64,000 nucleotides of DNA from an uncultured Candidatus Rokubacteria bacterium (GTDB taxonomy: Bacteria > Methylomirabilota > Methylomirabilia > Rokubacteriales > DASRDR01): positions 1 through 64,000 of the forward strand of contig CAVPSB010000034.1 in assembly GCA_963708025.1 (NCBI GenBank), given 5' to 3'. The notes below the pieces were generated by a model. That model was not told where the DNA came from, did no database searches, and saw nothing but the letters and a program-made list of their open reading frames with translations. Position 1 is the first letter of the stretch. Each line of letters opens with the position of its first letter. The position numbers and the translations under genes are program-made. Of this stretch, positions 56,597-64,000 are shown piece by piece.

Positions 56597-57625
56597 ATGC
56601 ATGTCCGCGCGACGCTTGGCGTTCTGGCCGCCCTCTGGCTGATCCTCGGCCCGGCCCCCGTCGAGGCCCAGGGGCAGCTCAACCTCTACTGCACCCCGCA
56701 GGAGGAGTGGTGCCGGGCGATGGTCACCGCCTTCGAGAAGGCGACCGGCATCAAGGTCAACATGACCCGGAAGAGCTCCGGGGAGTTCTACGCCCAGGTC
56801 AAGGCCGAGGCGGCCAACCCCAAGGGCGACATCTGGTGGGGCGGCACCGGCGACCCGCACCTCCAGGCGGCCGAGGAGGGGCTCACGCTCGAGTACAAGT
56901 CCCCGAAGCTCGCCGAGCTGCACGACTGGGCGGCGCGCCAGGCCGAGCAGTCCAAGTACCGGACGGTCGGCGTCTACGCCGGCGCCCTGGGCTTCGGCTA
57001 CAACACGAAGCTCCTGAGCCAGAAGGGCGGGCCGGAGCCCAAGTGCTGGAAGGACCTCCTCGACGCGCGCTACAAGGACGAGGTCCAGGTGGCCGACCCC
57101 AACTCCTCGGGGACCGCCTACACCCTGCTTGCCACCGTGATCCAGATCATGGGCGAGGACCAGGGGTTCGACTACCTGAAGAAGCTCCACAAGAACGTGA
57201 ACCAGTACACCAAGTCCGGGGCGGCCCCCGCCAAGGCGATGGCGCTCGGCGAGACCCTCGTCGGGATCACGTTCATGCACGACATCGTGACGTACGCGGT
57301 GCAGGGCGACCCGGTCAAGGTCGTCGCGCCCTGCGAGGGCACGGGCTACGAGATCGGCTCGATGAGCCTGATCAAGGGCGCCCAGAACCTCGAGAACGCG
57401 AAGAAGTGGTACGACTGGGCGCTGACCCCCGAGGCGCAGGCGCTCGGCGGCCAGGCCAAGGCCTACCAGGTCCCCTCCAACAAGAAGGCTGTCGCGCCGC
57501 CCCAGGCGCCCAAGTTCTCCGAGATCAAGCTGATCAACTACGACTTCGCCAAGTACGGCTCGTCGGCCGAGCGCAAGCGACTCCTCCAGAAGTGGGACAA
57601 GGACGTGAAGGCGCTCCCGAAGTAG
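56597..57625 (+). CDS. AfuA-like ABC substrate-binding protein (Fe3+/sugar-phosphate family)
   Basis: RKSSGE, WWGGTGDPH, PNSSGTAY, YTKSG, PCEGTGYEIG. Confidence 0.88.
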   Translation: MHVRATLGVLAALWLILGPAPVEAQGQLNLYCTPQEEWCRAMVTAFEKATGIKVNMTRKSSGEFYAQVKAEAANPKGDIWWGGTGDPHLQAAEEGLTLEYKSPKLAELHDWAARQAEQSKYRTVGVYAGALGFGYNTKLLSQKGGPEPKCWKDLLDARYKDEVQVADPNSSGTAYTLLATVIQIMGEDQGFDYLKKLHKNVNQYTKSGAAPAKAMALGETLVGITFMHDIVTYAVQGDPVKVVAPCEGTGYEIGSMSLIKGAQNLENAKKWYDWALTPEAQALGGQAKAYQVPSNKKAVAPPQAPKFSEIKLINYDFAKYGSSAERKRLLQKWDKDVKALPK

Positions 57626-57718
57626 GCCGCGTATGGGCGTAGCACCGGCAAGCGGGGGTGGGTGCCCGGGCCGAGGTACTGACCGGACAATCCCGCCTCG
57701 CTTGCCGGAGCCGGGCCC

Positions 57719-59917
57719 GTGACGCGAGCCGCCCGCTGGTGGGTCGCTCTCGGCTGGCTCGGCTTCGCCGTCCTGCCCTGGTACGGCCTACCCCGCGGCC
57801 TCCTCGACCCGGGCTGGCTCCGGGCCTACCCGGACCCGACGACGGCGCCCGCGCTCGTGCTGGGCCTCGCTCACGGGCGCGCCTGGCTCCTCCCGCTGGC
57901 GCTGCCCCTCGCCCTGCCGCTCCTGATCTGGCGGCGCCCGCGGGAAGACCCCCGGGTCGGCGCGACGCTCCTCGCCGCCGGTGCCGTCGGGCTCGCCTGG
58001 ATGGCCGCCCAGGGCTTCGCCATCGGGCTCCGGGGATGGTCGGTGGGCTGGCTCGCCGCGCTGTTCGGCGGGGCCGGGCCCCAGCAACCGGCCATGGGCT
58101 ACGGCGCCGGACTGGTCGGGGTCGCGCTCCTGATGCTCCTCTGCCACGGCTTCGCGGCCCGGGGCTACTTCCGGGGCGACGCGTTCCTCACCGGGGCGGT
58201 CGGCCTCATCGTCGCCATGATCACGCTCTTCGTCTTCTACCCCGTCGTCAGCGTGCTCCTGAGCGCGGTCCGCGACGACGCCGGGGCATTCTCCCCGGGC
58301 GCTTTCCTCGACAAGCTCGTCGACCGCTCGGTCTGGGGGCTCGACTGCCTGATCGGACCGCTCCGCTGTGGCGTCGCGTGGAACACGCTCTTCCTGGCGA
58401 TTCTCGTGGGCGCGGTCACGACCCTGCTCGGCCTGGCCTTCGCGCTGGTGGCCACCCGGACGGCGTTCCCGCTCAAGGGGCTCTTCCGCGCGCTGACCGT
58501 GCTCCCCATCATCACGCCGCCGTTCGTGATCGGGCTCGCCTTGATCCTTCTCTTCGGGCGCTCGGGAGCCGTGACCACCTTCCTGGCCGACGCCTTCGGG
58601 ATCCCGCGCACGCGCTGGCTCTACGGCCTCCCGGGGGTGTTCCTGGCCCAGGTGCTGGCCTTCACCCCGATCGCCTTCCTGGTCCTGATCGGGGTGGTGC
58701 AGGGGATCAGCCCCTCGCTGGAGGAGGCCGCCCAGACGCTCCGGGCGAGGAGCTGGACGACCTTCCGCACCGTCTCCTGGCCGCTCATGCGGCCGGGCCT
58801 CGCCAACGCGTTCCTCCTGGGCTTCGTCGAGAGCATGGCCGACTTCGGGAATCCGCTGGTGCTGTCCGGCAACTACGAGGTGCTCTCCGTCAAGGTCTTC
58901 TTCGCCGTGGTGGGGGCGGCCCACGACCAGGGCCGGGCCGCCGTGCTCGCCATCGTCCTCCTCGCGTTCACGCTGGCCGCCTTCTACGCCCAGCACCGCT
59001 GGCTCGGCCGGAAGGCGTACACCACGGTGACCGGCAAGGGCGACGCCGGCCTCCCGGCGGCCCTGCCGCCCTGGCTGACCCGGCTCTGCTACGCGGTGAC
59101 GCTGCCCTGGACGCTGTTCACGCTGGCGATCTACGCGGTGATCGTCGTCGGCGGGTTCGTCCGCTCCATGGGACGCGACTACTCCCTGACCCTCCAGCAC
59201 TACGCGACCGGCTTCGCGGTGGAGGCGACGGAGCGCGGGCTCCACTTCACGGGGGCCGCCTGGAACTCCTTCTGGACCACGCTCCAGATCTCCGCGATCT
59301 CGGCGCCGCTCACGGCGGCGATCGGGCTCCTGACCGCCTACCTCCTGGCCCGCCAGTCGTTCGCCGGCAAGCGCGCGTTCGAGTTCGGGACCATGCTGAG
59401 CTTCGCCATCCCGGGCACGGTGATCGGGGTGAGCTACATCCTGGCCTTCAACGTGCCGCCGGTGGAGCTGACCGGGACCGGGATCATCCTGGTGATCTGC
59501 TTCGTGTTCCGCAACATGCCGGTCGGCGTCCGCTCCGGGCTCGCCACCCTGAGCCAGATCGACCGGAGCCTCGACGAGGCGTCGCTCACCCTGGGCGCCC
59601 GCTCGCTCACCACGGTCCGCCGGGTGGTGCTGCCGCTGCTCCGCCCGGCCATGGTCGCGGCGCTGGTCTACAGCTTCGTCCGCGCCATGACCGCGGTGAG
59701 CGCGGTGATCTTCCTGGTGAGCGCCCAGTACAACCTGGCCACCGCCTACATCGTCGGGCGGGTGGAGGCGGGCGAGTTCGGCCTGGCGATCGCGTACTCC
59801 ACGGTGCTGATCGTGGTCATGCTGCTGGCCATTCTCCTGATCCAGCTCCTCGTCGGCGAGCGCCGCCTCGGCCGCCGCGCGGTGGGGGAGCTGTCACTCC
59901 AGCCGGGAGCCGGATAG
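57719..59917 (+). CDS. AfuB/FbpB-like fused ABC permease
   Basis: LPIITPPF; two EAA motifs (LEEAAQTL, LDEASLTL). Confidence 0.9.
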   Translation: MTRAARWWVALGWLGFAVLPWYGLPRGLLDPGWLRAYPDPTTAPALVLGLAHGRAWLLPLALPLALPLLIWRRPREDPRVGATLLAAGAVGLAWMAAQGFAIGLRGWSVGWLAALFGGAGPQQPAMGYGAGLVGVALLMLLCHGFAARGYFRGDAFLTGAVGLIVAMITLFVFYPVVSVLLSAVRDDAGAFSPGAFLDKLVDRSVWGLDCLIGPLRCGVAWNTLFLAILVGAVTTLLGLAFALVATRTAFPLKGLFRALTVLPIITPPFVIGLALILLFGRSGAVTTFLADAFGIPRTRWLYGLPGVFLAQVLAFTPIAFLVLIGVVQGISPSLEEAAQTLRARSWTTFRTVSWPLMRPGLANAFLLGFVESMADFGNPLVLSGNYEVLSVKVFFAVVGAAHDQGRAAVLAIVLLAFTLAAFYAQHRWLGRKAYTTVTGKGDAGLPAALPPWLTRLCYAVTLPWTLFTLAIYAVIVVGGFVRSMGRDYSLTLQHYATGFAVEATERGLHFTGAAWNSFWTTLQISAISAPLTAAIGLLTAYLLARQSFAGKRAFEFGTMLSFAIPGTVIGVSYILAFNVPPVELTGTGIILVICFVFRNMPVGVRSGLATLSQIDRSLDEASLTLGARSLTTVRRVVLPLLRPAMVAALVYSFVRAMTAVSAVIFLVSAQYNLATAYIVGRVEAGEFGLAIAYSTVLIVVMLLAILLIQLLVGERRLGRRAVGELSLQPGAG

Positions 59918-59931
59918 GATAGGGAGGGATC

Positions 59932-61008
59932 ATGGCCCAGCCCGGCGACCGCGCCGCCGCCTCGGTGGAGTTCCGGCGGGTCACCAAGCGCTACGGCGCG
60001 GTGGTGGCCGTCAACGCCGTCTCCTTCACGATCGAGCCCGGCATGCTCGTCACCCTGCTCGGTCCCTCCGGCTGCGGGAAGACCACGACCCTCCGCCTGA
60101 TCGCCGGGCTGGAGATCGCCAGCGAGGGGCAGGTCCTGATCGGCGGCCGGGACGTGACCCGGCTCTCCGCCGCCGACCGGGACGTCAGCATGGTCTTCCA
60201 GTCCTACGCGCTCTTCCCGCACATGACCGTGCTGGAGAACGTGGCCTACGGCCCCATCGTCGCCGGCACCCGCAAGCCCCAGGCGCACGCCCTGGCCCGG
60301 GAGAAGCTCGCGCTCATCGGGCTGGAAGGCTTCGACCACCGGCTCCCCTCCGAGCTGTCGGGCGGCCAGCAGCAGCGGGTGGCGGTGGCCCGGGCGCTGG
60401 TGCTGGAGCCGCTGGTGCTCCTGTTCGACGAGCCGCTCTCGAACCTGGACGCCAAGCTCCGCCGCCGGGTGCGCGACGAGATCCGGGAGCTCCAGCAGAA
60501 GCTGAACCTGACCGTGGCCTACGTCACCCACGACCAGCAGGAGGCGCTGGCCGTCTCGGACCGGATCATCGTGATGGCCAACGCCACCATCGCCCAGACC
60601 GGGACGCCCCGCGACCTCTACGAGGCGCCGGCGAACCTCTTCGTCGCCGACTTCGTGGGCGACGCCAACCTGGTGGGCGCCGAGCTGGTCGCCCTGGACG
60701 GTGAGCTGGCCCGCGTGCGGATCGGGGACGTCGAGCGGCGCCTCCCCCCTGGCGGCGCGGCCCCGGGACCCGTGAAGGTCTCCATCCGACCGGAGTCGCT
60801 CCTGCTCGCCACCGAGCCGCCGGGCCGGCCAGCGATCAAGGGGTCGGTGGCCAAGTCGGCGTACCTCGGCACCCACATGGAGTACACCGTGGCCACGGCG
60901 CTCGGCGACCTGTTCGTCGTCGACCGCGCCGTGACGCGCCCCGTCCCGGTCGGCAGCCCGGTCTGGCTGGAGCTGGCCGACCACGGGGTGACCGTCGTTC
61001 CCGGCTGA
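59932..61008 (+). CDS. AfuC/FbpC-like ABC ATP-binding protein
   Basis: GPSGCGKT, LSGGQQQR, C-terminal TOBE-like region. Confidence 0.93.
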   Translation: MAQPGDRAAASVEFRRVTKRYGAVVAVNAVSFTIEPGMLVTLLGPSGCGKTTTLRLIAGLEIASEGQVLIGGRDVTRLSAADRDVSMVFQSYALFPHMTVLENVAYGPIVAGTRKPQAHALAREKLALIGLEGFDHRLPSELSGGQQQRVAVARALVLEPLVLLFDEPLSNLDAKLRRRVRDEIRELQQKLNLTVAYVTHDQQEALAVSDRIIVMANATIAQTGTPRDLYEAPANLFVADFVGDANLVGAELVALDGELARVRIGDVERRLPPGGAAPGPVKVSIRPESLLLATEPPGRPAIKGSVAKSAYLGTHMEYTVATALGDLFVVDRAVTRPVPVGSPVWLELADHGVTVVPG

Positions 61009-61019
61009 CCGCCCGACCC

Positions 61020-61349
61020 ATGATATCGAGGCACTGGAAGGGTGTTGCGAGGCCGGGACAGGCCGAGCGATACATCGCTCACCTCGAGGGCGACACGTTT
61101 CCCGGCCTCTCCCGAATCCCCGGCTTGGTCAGCGCCTCGATCCTGAGGCGAGAGGTCGATGCCGGCACCGAGTTCGAGGTCATCACCGTGTGGGAGTCTT
61201 GGCAGGCGATCCGGGCCTTCGCGGGTGAGACGGCCGAGACGGCCGTCGTGCCGCCACTCGTCCAGGCCATGATGGTGGACTACGATCGGCACGTGGTGCA
61301 CTACGAGATCGCCGGGACCTACGCGCCGCCCCGGCCGGTCCAGGGCTGA
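61020..61349 (+). CDS. Antibiotic biosynthesis monooxygenase-like (dimeric alpha-beta barrel) protein
   Basis: MISRHWKG...EFEVITVWESWQAIRAFAG..AVVP...VVHYE. Confidence 0.8.
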   Translation: MISRHWKGVARPGQAERYIAHLEGDTFPGLSRIPGLVSASILRREVDAGTEFEVITVWESWQAIRAFAGETAETAVVPPLVQAMMVDYDRHVVHYEIAGTYAPPRPVQG

Positions 61350-61368
61350 GCCAGCCAGCATCCGGGTC

Positions 61369-62124
61369 ATGCGACTCGAGGGTCGGTCGGCGATCGTGAC
61401 GGGCGCGGCCAGCGGCCTGGGCCGCGGCATCGCTCGCGCGCTGGCGGCGGAGGGCGCCCGGGTCGCGATCCTCGACGTCGACGAGCCGGGCGCGGCGCAG
61501 ACGGTGGAGCTGATCCGGGATGCCGGGGGCGCCGCGGTGGCCCACCGGACCGACGTGACCCGGCGCGCCGACGTCGAGAGCGCCGTCAACGACGTCCTGA
61601 TGCGCTGGGGTGCGGTGAACGTCCTCGTCAACAACGCAGGGTGGGACCGCCCGATGCCGTTCCTGGAGACCGACGAGGCCTTCTGGGACCGGATCCTCGC
61701 CCTGAACCTCAAGGCGCACTTCCACCTGGCCCAGGTGGTGCTGCCGCACATGATCGGCCAGGGCGGCGGGAAGGTCGTGGCGATCGCCTCGGACGCCGGG
61801 CGCGTCGGGTCGTCCGGCGAGGCCGTCTACTCGGCGGCCAAGGGCGGGGTCATCGCGTTCACCAAGACGCTCGCCCGCGAGATGGCCCGCCACCGGATCA
61901 ACGTGAACTGCGTCTGCCCGGGGCCCTCGGAGACGCCGCTCTTCCAGAGCGAGTTCAGCGCCGGGAAGCCGGGGCTGGCCGACGCGCTGAAGAAGGCCAT
62001 TCCCTGGGGCCGCCTCGGCACGCCGGAGGACGTGGCCGGCGCCGTCGTCTTCCTCGCCTCCGACGAGGCCGACTTCATCACGGGCCAGACCCTCTCCGTC
62101 TCCGGCGGCCTGACCATGGTGTAG
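61369..62124 (+). CDS. SDR, BadH-like (hydroxyacyl-CoA dehydrogenase)
   Basis: NNAGWD, SDAGRVGSSGEAVYSAAKGG, VCPGPSETPL, SVSGGLTM. Confidence 0.88.
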   Translation: MRLEGRSAIVTGAASGLGRGIARALAAEGARVAILDVDEPGAAQTVELIRDAGGAAVAHRTDVTRRADVESAVNDVLMRWGAVNVLVNNAGWDRPMPFLETDEAFWDRILALNLKAHFHLAQVVLPHMIGQGGGKVVAIASDAGRVGSSGEAVYSAAKGGVIAFTKTLAREMARHRINVNCVCPGPSETPLFQSEFSAGKPGLADALKKAIPWGRLGTPEDVAGAVVFLASDEADFITGQTLSVSGGLTMV

Positions 62125-62270
62125 CGGGCGGGGCCGATGAGCGTCGCATCGCGTCGTCCTCGGTCGTCGCCGATCCTCGGCGTACTAGGAGTACGCCTGC
62201 GATCGGCGACTCCCTGCGTCTGTCGGACGGCCTTCGGCCTGTGGGCGCTGCTCGCTCCTCGGCCCCGCTG
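62122..62270 (+). repeat. Repeat family B copy with one M module
   Basis: GCGGGGCCGATGAGC...ATCCTCGGCGTACTAGGAGTACGCCTGCGATC...[M]...GCTCGCTCCTCGGCCCCGC. Confidence 0.88.
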
Positions 62271-62416
62271 GCGACTCCGCTGGCATGAGTCTTGACGCGT
62301 CAAGGAGCCTCGAAGTCGTCACCCCCTTCACCCCTCGCGTGATTTGCGTGCGTCCACGAGCGCTGAATCCGGTAGCCGGCCCCGGGACGGTCGTCTGGTC
62401 GCGGGCTGACCGGGGG

Positions 62417-64000
<1,584 letters not shown>

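Overview
A very GC-rich bacterial window made almost entirely of + strand operons; the gene content and GC are consistent with Ca. Rokubacteria/Methylomirabilota, but that taxonomy is only an inference. From left to right: a partial MscS channel and an SDR; a small lower-GC patch (2.7-3.8 kb) with a DUF433/DUF5615 toxin-antitoxin pair and a frameshifted antitoxin, bounded by integron attC-like sites with no integrase in view; an acyl-CoA synthetase; a ~23-kb catabolic/uptake run (CoA-transferase A/B, two complete Liv-type ABC systems each with its own long-chain acyl-CoA ligase, MetE-like, SDR, LLM oxidoreductase, PaaK-like, DHDPS-like). Next comes a type II PKS/FAS-like lipid cluster (papain-fold lipoprotein, LpxL-like acyltransferase, two KS/CLF-like pairs, one ACP, GT2, flavin halogenase-like enzyme, MacB/LolD-type ABC split by tcuA), then a CDP-alcohol transferase/HpnL-like/hpnJ trio, a sigma54-driven small ORF, a Cof-type HAD, an M24-like enzyme with a TRAP transporter, two PotD/AfuA-type ABC systems, an ABM protein, a BadH-like SDR, and leuA behind a Leu-leader attenuator. 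Gene junctions carry several families of short structured repeats that start at stop codons, and a ~22-24 nt GGCC-GAA-GGCC mini-hairpin module is nested optionally inside different host repeats. No rRNA, tRNA, CRISPR array, transposase or integrase was recognised. Several single-base frameshifts may be assembly errors.
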